Program-made: the position numbers and the translations under genes
Shown: piece after piece, positions 27,553-37,631 of the stretch
Layout: every line of letters starts with the position of its first letter
Position numbering within the stretch: position 1 is the first letter of the stretch
The notes under the pieces: model-generated
What the model saw: only the letters and a program-made list of their open reading frames with translations
What the model was told of the DNA's origin: nothing
Databases searched by the model: none
Assembly (NCBI GenBank): GCA_033762915.1
Contig: JANRLD010000026.1
Span: forward strand, 1 to 64,000
DNA length: 64,000 nt
Source of the DNA: Meiothermus sp.
GTDB taxonomy: Bacteria; Deinococcota; Deinococci; Deinococcales; Thermaceae
Direction of reading: 5' to 3'

Positions 27553-27793
27553 ACGTAATCCTACAGAGGGAGAGAGGGAGGAGGGAAGAGGGAAGGGAGT
27601 GCGGGGGAGCGGGGCAGAAAAGGCCAAAGCGAGGAACGCAGGAGCAAAGACGAAGGAGAAACCAAAAAACGCTCTTGACTTGGGCGCGGCCATCCGCCCT
27701 CAATGCAAGAGGTCATTCTGAGCGGCTTAGTGCCCGCATCTTCGAAAAAAAAGACGCTTGATCTGGGGGGGCGGGGTGGGCTAGGGTTGGGGG

Positions 27794-28165
27794 ATGAGGC
27801 TCGAGATAAGGCGCGTGGTTGTGTTCGTGCGGGACATGGAGGTTCAGGCCCGGTTTTACCGCGAAGTGCTGGGCTTGCCACTGGTGCTGAACCCCGACGA
27901 CGAGGCGCAGTTTGTCGAGTTCGAGGCCGGGGGCTGCCGCCTGGCCCTGCATAGCGGTGGCCTGCCCAGCCGGGCCAAACGCCCGACCAAGCTGGTCTTC
28001 TATGCCCAAGATGTCGCGGCGGCTCGAGCCTGGCTGGCCTCCAGGGGGGCCAAGCTGGGTAAGGTTAAAAGCACGGCGGTGGACCTGGCCGACGGCTCGA
28101 GGCTCCAGCTCTGCGACGGCCAAGACCCCGAAGGCAATCCGTTTCAACTGTCGAATCGGGTCTAG
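27794..28165 (+). CDS. VOC/glyoxalase family protein
   Basis: V.DM....RFYREVLGL and DPEGN motifs. Confidence 0.88.
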   Translation: MRLEIRRVVVFVRDMEVQARFYREVLGLPLVLNPDDEAQFVEFEAGGCRLALHSGGLPSRAKRPTKLVFYAQDVAAARAWLASRGAKLGKVKSTAVDLADGSRLQLCDGQDPEGNPFQLSNRV

Positions 28166-28255
28166 AGCGGTTCCCACGTATACTCCCTACAGCGGTTTTT
28201 GCTGTAGGGAGTACATTACCGACCGCTGCGAGGGAGGTCATGGTGGGAAACGCGA
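28165..28255 (+). mobile_element. MITE family A type II, intact (91 bp, TA-flanked)
   Basis: TA|GAGCGGTTCCCAC...GTGGGAAACGCGA|TA, inserted at the TAG stop of the VOC gene. Confidence 0.82.
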
Positions 28256-28403
28256 TAGGCTGGGCCATGGCAGAAGTGCGGAATCGGTGGAGACGGTAGA
28301 TGGGTGTATGGCGAAGTTCTCTGCGGTTGCGGGGTGGCACCTGGTCCTGCAACCGTCCAGACACTGGGCGACGTGCTCCGAGCAGCGGCCCTTTGCCCAG
28401 CGC

Positions 28404-29078
28404 TCACGGCTCCATTAAATAGGGCAGCGGGCTCAGCAGCGGCTCGGCGTAGCTGACGCCGAGCAGGTTGCCCCAGTAGCGGCGCAGGGCGCGTCTGGCC
28501 TCCACGCCGCCTGCGCTGACCGTCTCCGAGACGCGCTCGCCCTCGAACTGGCTACGGTAGGCCCGCACCGAGGCCTCCCAGGTCTCTATGTGCTCGGAGA
28601 TGTCCACGGCGAGGGTGGGGGTGGCGGGGTAGTTGCCGGGGTAGAAGAGGAGGCGAGAGACCCGGTGGGGGCTGCCCTCTACCCGGGCCTTCCGCAGCCC
28701 GGCGAGGTGTAGGGCGGCCGCGGCCAGCCGACTTGCGCCCAGGTGGTCGGGGTGGCGGTCGGACTCGAGGGGGGCGATCAGGGCTCGAGGCCGCAGTTCG
28801 CGCAGCTTGGCCGCCAGCAGGGTGCGCTGGGCCTCGCTGTCCTCGATCCCGCCGTCGGGCAGCCGGAGGTTGCCCCGGTAGTCCAGCTGTAAAATCCGCG
28901 CCGCCTCGGCGGCCTCCTGATAGCGCAAATCGACGCTGCCCTTCGACCCCAACTCGCCCTCGCTCAAGTCCAGAATGCCGGTGCTTTTCCCCTGCGCCTT
29001 GGCCTTCGCCAAAAGCCCCCCACAGCCCAGTTCGCCGTCGTCGGGGTGTGGAGCAATTACCAATAGGTCTAGGCTCAT
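28404..29078 (-). CDS. bshB1: Bacillithiol biosynthesis deacetylase BshB1 (PIG-L family)
   Basis: APHPDDGELGCGG, DLSEGELGSKG, DRHPDH and YRSQF motifs. Confidence 0.85.
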   Translation of the reverse strand: MSLDLLVIAPHPDDGELGCGGLLAKAKAQGKSTGILDLSEGELGSKGSVDLRYQEAAEAARILQLDYRGNLRLPDGGIEDSEAQRTLLAAKLRELRPRALIAPLESDRHPDHLGASRLAAAALHLAGLRKARVEGSPHRVSRLLFYPGNYPATPTLAVDISEHIETWEASVRAYRSQFEGERVSETVSAGGVEARRALRRYWGNLLGVSYAEPLLSPLPYLMEP

Positions 29079-29208
29079 CGCCCAGCCATACTACAAGAGG
29101 CAAAGGCGCGGGGCGGCAAGGGGAGGGGCCAGCGCCAAACGCGGGGAACCCCACCGCCAACAGCCGTGCGTGCTGCCCCTTGGGGCACCCTGGTGCCTTC
29201 CTCATTCA

Positions 29209-29271
29209 TGAGAATTCTCACATCAATATCTAAAGAACCCTTTATCCCACGAAGTTAATTCTAGATTAACT
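29209..29271. promoter_or_regulatory. AT-rich region with palindromes TGAGAATTCTCA and AGTTAAT-N5-ATTAACT
   Basis: Two palindromes in the divergent intergenic region upstream of the RR/HK operon. Confidence 0.4.
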
Positions 29272-29472
29272 CAGCTAAAGAAATGCTAAAGGCTGGGCGG
29301 GGCGGTTTTGGCTTAGATTTGCCTATGCCGACCGCTAGGATTGAGCAGTGACGAGCCGGGCAGGGCGACCGAACTCGAGACGGGCGGCGGCGGAAAGCAG
29401 GGTGGAATTAAACCATCCTTTACTGCCCTCCCACACGCCCTCCGAGGCGTTTGGGCATTATTGGTTTTGACG

Positions 29473-29832
29473 ATGCGCGGTTTTGTCCTGGCCCTGATCC
29501 TGGCCCTCACTCCCCTTCCCAACCTCCCCTTGATACCCTCAGGGTCGGAAATTCGGGTCGTTTCTCCCGACCTGCTCTCGGTGTTCGTGGTCTGGGAGGT
29601 TGACAGCCGACAGATGATCCTGCGTGGCCAGGCCCCAGTGCAGGTGGGCCGCGACGTACGGGTGATGTTTCGCATAGACGGCGGCTTTCGCCCGCCCTAC
29701 AGCGGCACCACCACCGCCAGCGGCGACGTGCTGCTGGCGGTGGACGGCGACCGGGTCAGCCTCAACGAGCTGCTGACCCGCACCTACCGCCTCGAGCTGC
29801 CCCGGGGCCGAGTTCTGCCCCAAGTACGCTAA
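29473..29832 (+). CDS. Small hypothetical exported protein
   Basis: Signal-like MRGFVLALILAL; GC3-rich codons. Confidence 0.65.
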   Translation: MRGFVLALILALTPLPNLPLIPSGSEIRVVSPDLLSVFVVWEVDSRQMILRGQAPVQVGRDVRVMFRIDGGFRPPYSGTTTASGDVLLAVDGDRVSLNELLTRTYRLELPRGRVLPQVR

Positions 29833-29878
29833 TCCCTAACAAAACCCGGTATGCTGGTAGAGTACGGCTGGAGGTGAG

Positions 29879-30553
29879 ATGAAACATATTCTTCTGATTG
29901 AAGACGACCCCGAAATCGCGCACCTCTTGCAGCTCGAGCTCGGCGAGGCGGGTTACACGGTGGATTGGGCCGCAGGGGGCATGTCTGGATTGGTGCGGTT
30001 GCGGGAGGCTGAGCCAGATCTGGTGATTTTGGACTTGGGTCTGCCCGACCTCGACGGCGGGGAGGTGGCGCGGCGCATTCGCTCGGGCTATGAGGTTCCC
30101 ATCATCGTCCTGACCGCCGCCGATGCCGTCGAGCGCAAGGTCAGCCTGCTCTCCGACGGTGCCGACGACTACATCGTTAAGCCCTTCCACCCTGCCGAGC
30201 TGTTGGCCCGCATCCAGGTGCAACTGCGCCACCGCGAGGGCGGCGAGCAGGTCACGGTGGGGGGCCTCGAGATCCACATCGCCAAACGACAGGTCATGTT
30301 CGACGGCCAGGAGCTGCGCCTCTCGCCCAAGGAGTTCGAGCTGCTGTCGCTCTTGGTCAGCCGCGCGGGCAAGGTCTTCAGCCGTACCGAGATCGAGGAG
30401 CACCTCTGGGGCCGTCAGCTCGAGCGCGACTCCAACGTGGTGGACGTGCACATCGCCAACCTGCGAAGCAAGCTGCGCGAGGCCGGGGCCTACGGCTACT
30501 TGCGCACCGTGCGCGGGGTGGGTTACGCGCTGCGCCAGCGAGATACCGAGTAG
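29879..30553 (+). CDS. OmpR-family response regulator
   Basis: IEDD, LDLGLP, LTA and KPF motifs; wHTH NVVDVHIANLRSKL..TVRGVGY. Confidence 0.95.
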   Translation: MKHILLIEDDPEIAHLLQLELGEAGYTVDWAAGGMSGLVRLREAEPDLVILDLGLPDLDGGEVARRIRSGYEVPIIVLTAADAVERKVSLLSDGADDYIVKPFHPAELLARIQVQLRHREGGEQVTVGGLEIHIAKRQVMFDGQELRLSPKEFELLSLLVSRAGKVFSRTEIEEHLWGRQLERDSNVVDVHIANLRSKLREAGAYGYLRTVRGVGYALRQRDTE

Positions 30554-30563
30554 CGCCGTTGGC

Positions 30564-30652
30564 GCGTCGAGGGTCGAGCGTCTAGAGTCGAGAGCGGAGA
30601 CCGAAAGACCCCGGCCTTTGGCTCTCGACCCTGGACCCTGGACCCTCGACCT
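30564..30652. repeat. Inverted pair of 7-bp tandem arrays, (GGGTCGA-like)x4 ... (TCGACCC/TGGACCC)x4
   Basis: Read directly between the RR stop and the HK start. Confidence 0.7.
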
Positions 30653-32032
30653 ATGTCCTTCCGCACCCGCCTGATCGTCGCCTACGCAATCTTGTGGCTG
30701 CTGATCGTGGCGATGACCCTGGCGGTGGCCTTCTACAGCATTAACCAGGGGCTCTACCGGCAGGTCGAGAACACCCTGAATCAGTCGGTGGTCGAGGTGG
30801 CGCAGCTCTACGGCTCGCCGCAGGCCGGTACAGCCCAGTTGCCCTCCTCGAGGCTGATCAACATCAGCCTCTACGACAGCCAGTCGGGGCTGTTCCTCTA
30901 CGGCACCACCGACCAGGCCATCCGCCAGCAGATCCCCAAGGAGTACATCCAGGCCGCCGCCGACACCCCCAAGCCCTACTACTCCAGCCGCTACATGGCG
31001 GCTTACCAGAAGATCCCGGCGGCAGTGATCGCGGTCAGCCAGGACACCGCCTACATCGAAGAGATCGGGGCCACCGCCCGCAACAACCTGCTGGCCGGAC
31101 TGGCGGTGATGCTGGTACTGGGGGCTTTTCTGATTGTCTTCGCGGCCCGCATTGCCCTTGTTCCGCTGCACCGGGCCGCCCAGGAGGTCAACAAGCGCGG
31201 CCCGCGCAACCTCTCGCGCATCGAGTACACCGGCCCCAAGGACGACCTGCGGGTGATGGTGGACCGGGTGAATGAGCTGCTCGAGGCCCTCGAGGACTCC
31301 CGCGACCGCGAGCGGGCCTTCCTGGCCGAGGTCTCGCACGAGCTGCGCACCCCCCTCACCTCGCTCAACGGCTACCTCGAGCGCCTCTCGCGCAACCCCA
31401 CCGATGCCGAGATGCTCGAGCGCAGCCGCAAGATCGCCAGCCACACCGCCCGCATGGTGCAAGATCTGCTGGCCCTGGCGCGGGGCGAGGCCGAGCGCAC
31501 CGTGAACGCCCACGTGGTCAGCCTGGGCAACGTCCTGCGCCAGGCCGTGGGCGAGTACCCTGGCGTGGGCCTGAAGATGCCCGAGGAGTTCCCCGAGGTG
31601 CTGGGCGACCCCGACCGCCTGCTGCAACTGGCCCGCAACCTGATCGCCAATGCCATTCGCGCCACTGGCAACAACCCCCACAAGGTGCAGGTGCGGGTCT
31701 GGATGGTGCGCGAGCCCACCGACAACCCGCCCGACCCCTACCAGGAACTCGAGGAGACCAAGACCACCTCCTCCCCCGAGTCGCGCCTCTCGGTACAGCC
31801 CTGGGCGGTCTTTCAGGTGGTGGACTGGGGGCCAGGCATCCCCGAGGTGATCATGCAGCGGCTGTTCACCCGCTTCGCCCGGGGGCCTGAGGGCGGCACA
31901 GGCCTGGGCCTGGCCATCTGCAAGCAAATCGCCGAGGCCCACGGCGGCGAGATCCGTGTGGCCAGCAAGCCCGGCGAGACCCGCTTCACGGTCTTCCTGC
32001 CGCTGCTGCTGGAGCTTGACGACGAGGCTTAG
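30653..32032 (+). CDS. Membrane sensor histidine kinase (HAMP, HisKA, HATPase)
   Basis: Two TM segments; SHELRTPL, NL..NA, D.GPGI and GTGLGL motifs. Confidence 0.95.
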   Translation: MSFRTRLIVAYAILWLLIVAMTLAVAFYSINQGLYRQVENTLNQSVVEVAQLYGSPQAGTAQLPSSRLINISLYDSQSGLFLYGTTDQAIRQQIPKEYIQAAADTPKPYYSSRYMAAYQKIPAAVIAVSQDTAYIEEIGATARNNLLAGLAVMLVLGAFLIVFAARIALVPLHRAAQEVNKRGPRNLSRIEYTGPKDDLRVMVDRVNELLEALEDSRDRERAFLAEVSHELRTPLTSLNGYLERLSRNPTDAEMLERSRKIASHTARMVQDLLALARGEAERTVNAHVVSLGNVLRQAVGEYPGVGLKMPEEFPEVLGDPDRLLQLARNLIANAIRATGNNPHKVQVRVWMVREPTDNPPDPYQELEETKTTSSPESRLSVQPWAVFQVVDWGPGIPEVIMQRLFTRFARGPEGGTGLGLAICKQIAEAHGGEIRVASKPGETRFTVFLPLLLELDDEA

Positions 32033-32141
32033 CGGTTGGGAAATGCGATGAGGGAGAAGGCAAGGTGCGAGACAAAACCAAAAGTCCGGGGGCTGCGGGC
32101 GTGTGCCACAGCTCCGACGGCCGGCAGCCCCCAAGCCTTCG

Positions 32142-35100
32142 TCAGGGTGCGTGGGCCTTTGGAATCGCCAGCGGCAGCCGCACCACTGCCGTAGTCCCCT
32201 TCCCGAGCTTGCTTTCGAGCCAGACCTTGCCGCCGTGCTGCTCCGCGATCCAGCGGGCGATGGGCAGCCCCAGCCCGGTGCCGCCCGTCTCCCGGCTGCG
32301 CGACGCGTCGGTGCGGAAGAAGCGCTCGAAGACCCGCTCGAGATCCTCCCCGGCGATGCCCGCGCCCGTGTCTGTGACGCTCAACTCCGCCCACTCGTGG
32401 GTGGCCCGCAGGGACAAGGTCACCCGCCCGCCCTTGGGGGTGTACTTCAACGCGTTGTCCAGCAGGATCAGCGCGAGTTGCCGCAGCCGACCGCGGTCGC
32501 CCTGCACGGCGCACGCCTCGAGCACGCCCGTCTCGAGTATGCGCCCATCATTGAGCCGCTGCGCTTCTTGCACGGTCTTGGCGAGCAGCGGGGCCAGATC
32601 GAGGGCCTCGAGGTGGAGCTTGTCCCCCGCGTCGCCGCGCGCCAGGGACAGCAGGTCGTTGGCCAACTGGCTGAGCTGGCGGGCCGCGGTCAAGCTGTCA
32701 TCGACCGCCTTGCGGCGGTCGGTGTCCGGCATATCGGGGTAGCGCTCGAGAATCTCGAGGTTGCCCTGGATGATGGCCAGCGGGGCGCGCAGTTCGTGCG
32801 CCGCGTCGGCCAGGAATCGCCGCTGCGCCTCGCCGACCTCGGTCAGCTTCTCGTTGGCGCGTTGCAGGGCGGCGGCGGCAGCCTGGCGTTCCAGCTCGGC
32901 GCGCTTCATCGCGTCGATGTCGAAGAGCACCAGCACCGCGCCATCGGTTCGGGCGTCATGCGTGCGGTACGGGCGCACGCGCAACAACCACCAACGACCG
33001 TCTCGCCGGTCGCGCACCTCGCGTTCGAGCGGTGTCGCGTCACGGATCACCTCCCTCACCAGCGCCTCGAGGTCAATGCCCTCCAACCCATGCCGCAGGC
33101 GCGCCACCGGGCTACCGAGGTTGCTCGACTCCACCCCGAGCGTCTGCGTTGCCTGGGGCGTGAAGCGCTGCACTCGGGCATCGCGGTCCAAGGACACTAT
33201 GGCCAGTTCGACGCTGGCCTGAAAGTTGACGTGGTCGTTGTCGAGCTGGCGCAGTTCCGCGTTGCGACCGCTGAGTTCCTCGTTGATCGTGCGCATTTCC
33301 TCGTTCGAGGAGCTCAGCTCTTCCTTCGAAGTCTCGAGCTCCTCGATCAGACTCTGCAACTCCTCGTTGGCGCTCTGCACCTCCTCGTTTGAGGTTTGCA
33401 GATCCTCCACGATGGCCTCGTTGCGCTCCTGAACAAGTTGCAAGTACGCGCGGGTCTCGATTATGAGGCGCTGCAGGTCTTCATTCTCGAGCGTCAGTTC
33501 GGCGACCCGCGCGGCGTCCTCGGAGGGCTCAGCGCGGGGTCGGCGCGGACGAGCTGCGCCGACCCGGCTCACTGCGGTGGGCGGCTCGAACAGCACCATC
33601 CACCGCCCGGATTCGCCCAGCGGCACGACCTCGAGGTGGACGAGCATGCTTTGCTCGTCGTAGCGAAACCGCACGTTCTCGGTGCGCACCGCGCGCCGCT
33701 CGGTCTTGGCCCGCTCGATCAGCGCCCGTAAGGGCAGCATCAATCCGGTTCGGGCCATGCTCAGCAGGTTCAGGCTCGCCTTGCCGCTTGCGGCCTCCAA
33801 GTAGCGTCCGGTCGCGCCGCGAAATTGCTGAACCTCGAGTGCATCGTCGACGATGACTCCCGACGGCGCGTACCTCGCCAGGAGCAGGCGATCCGCCTCG
33901 CGCGTCGCGATCTCTCCCTCCGCGATGTGCGGACTCGGCGCCGGGCGCGGCGGTGCGGGCGCGGCGCCGGCCGGCGTCGGCCGGGCCGGTCGGTGCGGGT
34001 GGCTGACGGCGGGCTGCTTTGTGTAGACCCGCAGGCGCTTGTCGAGCGATTTGAACAGGTCGGTGTGGCGGCCCACCGTCTCCGACGCGCCGAGAACCAG
34101 CACCCCGGTCGGCTTCAAGGCGTAGTGAAAGGTCGGAATCACCTGGCTTTGCAGCGAGGGCTCGAGGTAGATCAGCAAGTTGCGGCAACTCACCAGATCC
34201 ATCTTCGAGAACGGCGGGTCGGCCAAGACGTTGTGGCGGGAGAATACCACGCTCTCGCGCACCTCTTTGTTGATGCGGTACCCGCCGTTGGCCTCAGTGA
34301 AGAAGCGCCCCAGGCGCTCCGGGGTGATGTCGTTCGTGAGCGCCTTGGAATAGAGCCCCGCTCGAGCACGCTCGAGCCGCCGTTCATTGAGATCGGTGGC
34401 GAAAATCTGCAGCGGCACGTGCACCCCGGCCCAGCCCGCGAACTCCAAGTACACCATCGCCAGCGAGTACGCCTCCTGCCCCGTCGAGCAGCCACACACC
34501 CAGACCCGCAGCGTCTCGTTCGCCGCGCGGTTCTTCACGAGTGATGGGAAGACCGTGCGCTGTAGGAACTCGTAGGTGTCGGGGTCACGGAAAAAGCTGG
34601 TGACACCGATCAGCAAGTCTTGGTAGAGCGCCTCGAGCTCCTCGGGATGGTCTTGCAGCATCTGGGCGAAGTGCTCGAGGGACGAAACGTTTTTGAGCAG
34701 CATGCGCCGCGTGATGCGCCGCTGGATCGTCGTCAAGCGGTACAGCGCGAAATCCACGCCGTGCGCCGAGTGGAGCAGTCCGAGCACGCGTTTGAAGCTG
34801 ACGTCGTCGCCACTGGGTGCGGCGTGCGGGTCGGGGGGGGGCGGGCTCGTGTCGCTCGGGAGTGCGGCGATGCCCGCCGATTGCAGGGCGGTCTGGGCGG
34901 TCTGGGCGGTCGTGCCCGCGTCGGGCGGCGGCTCGAGGAGGTAGGGGTCGCGCGCCAGGCGCGCGAGTCCCTCCGCGATGCCCTCTGGCGGCAGCACGAA
35001 GTCCACCGCCCCGGCGGTGGCGGCGCTGCGTGGCATCGAGTCGAACCGCGCCGAGGCGCTGTCCTGGGCGAAGGTCACGCCGCCCTCGGCCTGGATCGCC

Positions 35101-35612
35101 TCGAGCCCGAGCGTGCCGTCGGACGCGGTCCCGGAGAGGATCACGCCGACGGCCCGGTGACCGCAGTCCGCGGCGAGCGACCGCAGGAAGTCGTCGATGG
35201 GGCGGTGCTGCCCGGCAGGGCGCCTCGCGAGCCGCAGCCTCCCACGCTTGACCGACAGCACCGCGTTCGGCGGGATGACGTAGACGTGGTTTGGCGCGAT
35301 GCGCTCTCCGTTTTTGATCCCGCCCACCGGGAGCCGCGTTGCGCGGGCCAGCAGCTCCGGCAGCACGCTCTCGTGGCTCGGCTCGAGGTGCTGGACGAAG
35401 ACGAAGGCCAAGCCGGTGTCGAGCGGCAGCGCGCCCAGCAGTCTCGAGACGGCCTCGAGGCCCCCGGCGGACGCGCCGATGCCGACTACCGGGAAGGTCA
35501 GAGGCCCTCGGGCGGTGGGGGCGCGCGGCGGGGCGTCCGGATCTGTCGACCCGCGCCCGCCAGCAGGCGAGGGTCGCTTCGCGGATCGAGGCTGACGTGG
35601 TGCGTCGCTCAC
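32142..35612 (-). CDS. CheB methylesterase-CheR methyltransferase-PAS-histidine kinase fusion
   Basis: CheB GASAGG, VQHL, SDG; CheR VTSFFRD, GCSTGQEAYS, SCRNLLIY; coiled coil; PAS; HELRAPL and GGTGLGL. Confidence 0.92.
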   Translation of the reverse strand: MSDAPRQPRSAKRPSPAGGRGSTDPDAPPRAPTARGPLTFPVVGIGASAGGLEAVSRLLGALPLDTGLAFVFVQHLEPSHESVLPELLARATRLPVGGIKNGERIAPNHVYVIPPNAVLSVKRGRLRLARRPAGQHRPIDDFLRSLAADCGHRAVGVILSGTASDGTLGLEAIQAEGGVTFAQDSASARFDSMPRSAATAGAVDFVLPPEGIAEGLARLARDPYLLEPPPDAGTTAQTAQTALQSAGIAALPSDTSPPPPDPHAAPSGDDVSFKRVLGLLHSAHGVDFALYRLTTIQRRITRRMLLKNVSSLEHFAQMLQDHPEELEALYQDLLIGVTSFFRDPDTYEFLQRTVFPSLVKNRAANETLRVWVCGCSTGQEAYSLAMVYLEFAGWAGVHVPLQIFATDLNERRLERARAGLYSKALTNDITPERLGRFFTEANGGYRINKEVRESVVFSRHNVLADPPFSKMDLVSCRNLLIYLEPSLQSQVIPTFHYALKPTGVLVLGASETVGRHTDLFKSLDKRLRVYTKQPAVSHPHRPARPTPAGAAPAPPRPAPSPHIAEGEIATREADRLLLARYAPSGVIVDDALEVQQFRGATGRYLEAASGKASLNLLSMARTGLMLPLRALIERAKTERRAVRTENVRFRYDEQSMLVHLEVVPLGESGRWMVLFEPPTAVSRVGAARPRRPRAEPSEDAARVAELTLENEDLQRLIIETRAYLQLVQERNEAIVEDLQTSNEEVQSANEELQSLIEELETSKEELSSSNEEMRTINEELSGRNAELRQLDNDHVNFQASVELAIVSLDRDARVQRFTPQATQTLGVESSNLGSPVARLRHGLEGIDLEALVREVIRDATPLEREVRDRRDGRWWLLRVRPYRTHDARTDGAVLVLFDIDAMKRAELERQAAAAALQRANEKLTEVGEAQRRFLADAAHELRAPLAIIQGNLEILERYPDMPDTDRRKAVDDSLTAARQLSQLANDLLSLARGDAGDKLHLEALDLAPLLAKTVQEAQRLNDGRILETGVLEACAVQGDRGRLRQLALILLDNALKYTPKGGRVTLSLRATHEWAELSVTDTGAGIAGEDLERVFERFFRTDASRSRETGGTGLGLPIARWIAEQHGGKVWLESKLGKGTTAVVRLPLAIPKAHAP

Positions 35613-36010
35613 GGGGCCTCGGTCCCAGACGCGGGGGGCTCCCGCAGGACTGCGCTGACCGCCTCGAGCAGCGCATCGAAGGCCACGGGCTTCACCAGGA
35701 AGCGATCCGCGGCCCCCGCGCGAGCCAGGTCGTCGGCCTCATCGCGCCCCGAAATCACGATCACTTTCGGGGGGCTGTCCATGGTCTGGAGGCGTGCCAG
35801 GGTCGCGAAGCCCCCCATGCCGGGCATCATCAAATCCAGCAGGACGAGGTCGGGCCTGCGCCGCGCGGCCGCTATAATCCCTGCCTCGCCGTTGTGAGCC
35901 ACATTAACATTGTAACCCGCCAATCGGAGTCCTCTCTGCATGAGGGAGCGCATGCCGGGGTCGTCATCGATCACCAGGATGCGATGTAGGACTGGGCTGG
36001 GAATGGCGAT
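35609..36010 (-). CDS. Single-domain response regulator (start uncertain: ATC 36010 or GTG 35974)
   Basis: RILVIDDD, LLDLMMP, ISG and KP motifs; stop overlaps the cheBR start (GTGA). Confidence 0.8.
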   Translation of the reverse strand: MAIPSPVLHRILVIDDDPGMRSLMQRGLRLAGYNVNVAHNGEAGIIAAARRRPDLVLLDLMMPGMGGFATLARLQTMDSPPKVIVISGRDEADDLARAGAADRFLVKPVAFDALLEAVSAVLREPPASGTEAP

Positions 36011-36078
36011 TAGATGAGCTTACCCCCTTGCGCATGAGCCGCGTGAGCCTTGCTGATCGCGTTTCCCACCATTCCAGG

Positions 36079-37170
36079 TCACTTTAGCGCCCCTGCCAAC
36101 AGCCCGTGAAAGTGATGCACGCCCTGCTCGCGCTTGGCGCTGAAGCGCCCGCTGTGGTAAAACCGCGACTTCATCCCGCGCTGCACCGCCTCCACCACCA
36201 CCTCGTCCTCGCGCTCCACCCGGTCCAGGCCCGCGCCCGCCCCGGCGTCCAGCTTGCTGCTGTCCCAGACGTAGGGCAGGAACGAGACCTTGGTCAGCTC
36301 GTGGCCCAGAGGGCGCACCACATTCACCGAGAGGCCCCAGGGATAGAAGTTGAACATCAGGTTGGGGAAGACCCAGTAGTAGTAGGCGGCGATGCGCCGG
36401 CCGTGGTCGGGGGAGCTGGTGGGCAGGTCGAAGGCGGGCTCGCCGGAGGCTGCCACGCCCAGCTGGAGGTTGCACCAGTCGTAGAGCTCGGAGGTGTAGC
36501 TGCCGTAGTCGATGGCGGCGTTGAGCGAGGCGTGGATGTAGGGGATGTGGAAGCCCTCGAGGTAGTTGTCGCAGTAGAGCACCCAGTTGGCCCGCACCAG
36601 GTAGTCGCGTGCGCGGCCGGGGTCGAAGTAGAACTGGTTGAAGGGCATCCAGCCCACGCGGTCTTGGATGGGCTTGAGGAGTTCTCCTAAGCTCATCGCC
36701 GGGTTCAGCGAGGCGAACAGGAACTTGTCGCGGCCCCACAGCCCGAAGGGGATTTGGGGCAGGTTGTCGCGGCCAGAGGGGAAGCCCTCCACCCCCTCGA
36801 ACTCCGGCATGGCCTGGAAGCAGCCGTCCATCCCGAAGCGCCGCCCGTGGTAGCGGCAGCGCAGGTAGCGGGCGTTCTGGTCGCCCGATTCGGCCACCAG
36901 CATGCCGCGGTGGGTGCAGACGTTGGACATCAGGTGCAGCCGGTCGTCGTAGTCGCGGGTGGCCACGATAGGTTCGTCCAGGCAGCCCTCGAGCAGCGTC
37001 ATCGGCTTGACCGTGCCGGGGGCCTTGAGGTCGTCGGTGTCGCCCAGAAACTGCCAGGTGCGCCCGAAAACCTTCTCCTTGCAGGCTTCGTACATCTGGG
37101 GGTCTTTGTAGAAGGTGGCGGGGAGGGTGGAGGCTTTGGCGATTTCGGGGTTTACCTCGAGGTCGGGCAT
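36079..37170 (-). CDS. Rieske non-heme iron oxygenase alpha subunit (choline monooxygenase-like)
   Basis: CTHRG...CRYHG Rieske motif, NYLEGFHIPYIH and ED iron ligands; RBS AGGAG. Confidence 0.9.
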   Translation of the reverse strand: MPDLEVNPEIAKASTLPATFYKDPQMYEACKEKVFGRTWQFLGDTDDLKAPGTVKPMTLLEGCLDEPIVATRDYDDRLHLMSNVCTHRGMLVAESGDQNARYLRCRYHGRRFGMDGCFQAMPEFEGVEGFPSGRDNLPQIPFGLWGRDKFLFASLNPAMSLGELLKPIQDRVGWMPFNQFYFDPGRARDYLVRANWVLYCDNYLEGFHIPYIHASLNAAIDYGSYTSELYDWCNLQLGVAASGEPAFDLPTSSPDHGRRIAAYYYWVFPNLMFNFYPWGLSVNVVRPLGHELTKVSFLPYVWDSSKLDAGAGAGLDRVEREDEVVVEAVQRGMKSRFYHSGRFSAKREQGVHHFHGLLAGALK

Positions 37171-37528
37171 GGGGGCTCCTGGATTGAAGGTTGAACGCGG
37201 GAGAAGAGGGAAGAGGAGAGAGGGCCGAAAGGTGAAAAGTAAAGACCCTGGCTCTCGACTGGCACGCGACGATTTGGCTGGCGGCTGACGGCTAACGGCC
37301 AAACAAAAACGCAGCACAGCCAAAACTTCGACCATGCCACGCCGCCGAACGACCTATTTTCCCGCCGCGATGATCGCCCGGGCGAACTGCAGGAGCTTGG
37401 TCTGGGGGTCGGGCCAGGCGGGGCGCATCGGAAAGATTATAGCGGTTTCGCAAAGGCCACCCCATTCCCGAAGGCCGATTTGCTGACGGGTATGGCGGTA
37501 GGGCCTTCGCAGTACACGACCCGCCTTA

Positions 37529-37631
37529 GAGCGGTTCCCACGCATACGCCCTACGGCGTTAAAGCGGGCGGTTTTTGCTTTAGGGAGTACATTGCCTGCC
37601 GCCGCGAGGGAGGTGAGGGTGGGAAACGCGA
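37529..37631 (+). mobile_element. MITE family A type II with one 12-nt module (103 bp, TA-flanked)
   Basis: Matches 28165-28255 with TTAAAGCGGGCG added at 37559-37570. Confidence 0.82.

Noticed and set aside
32030..32050. TAGCGGTTGGGAAATGCGA as a collapsed family A MITE footprint
   Set aside because: Too short to distinguish from chance.
29762..32134. 790-aa minus-strand ORF
   Set aside because: Antisense shadow of the RR/HK pair.
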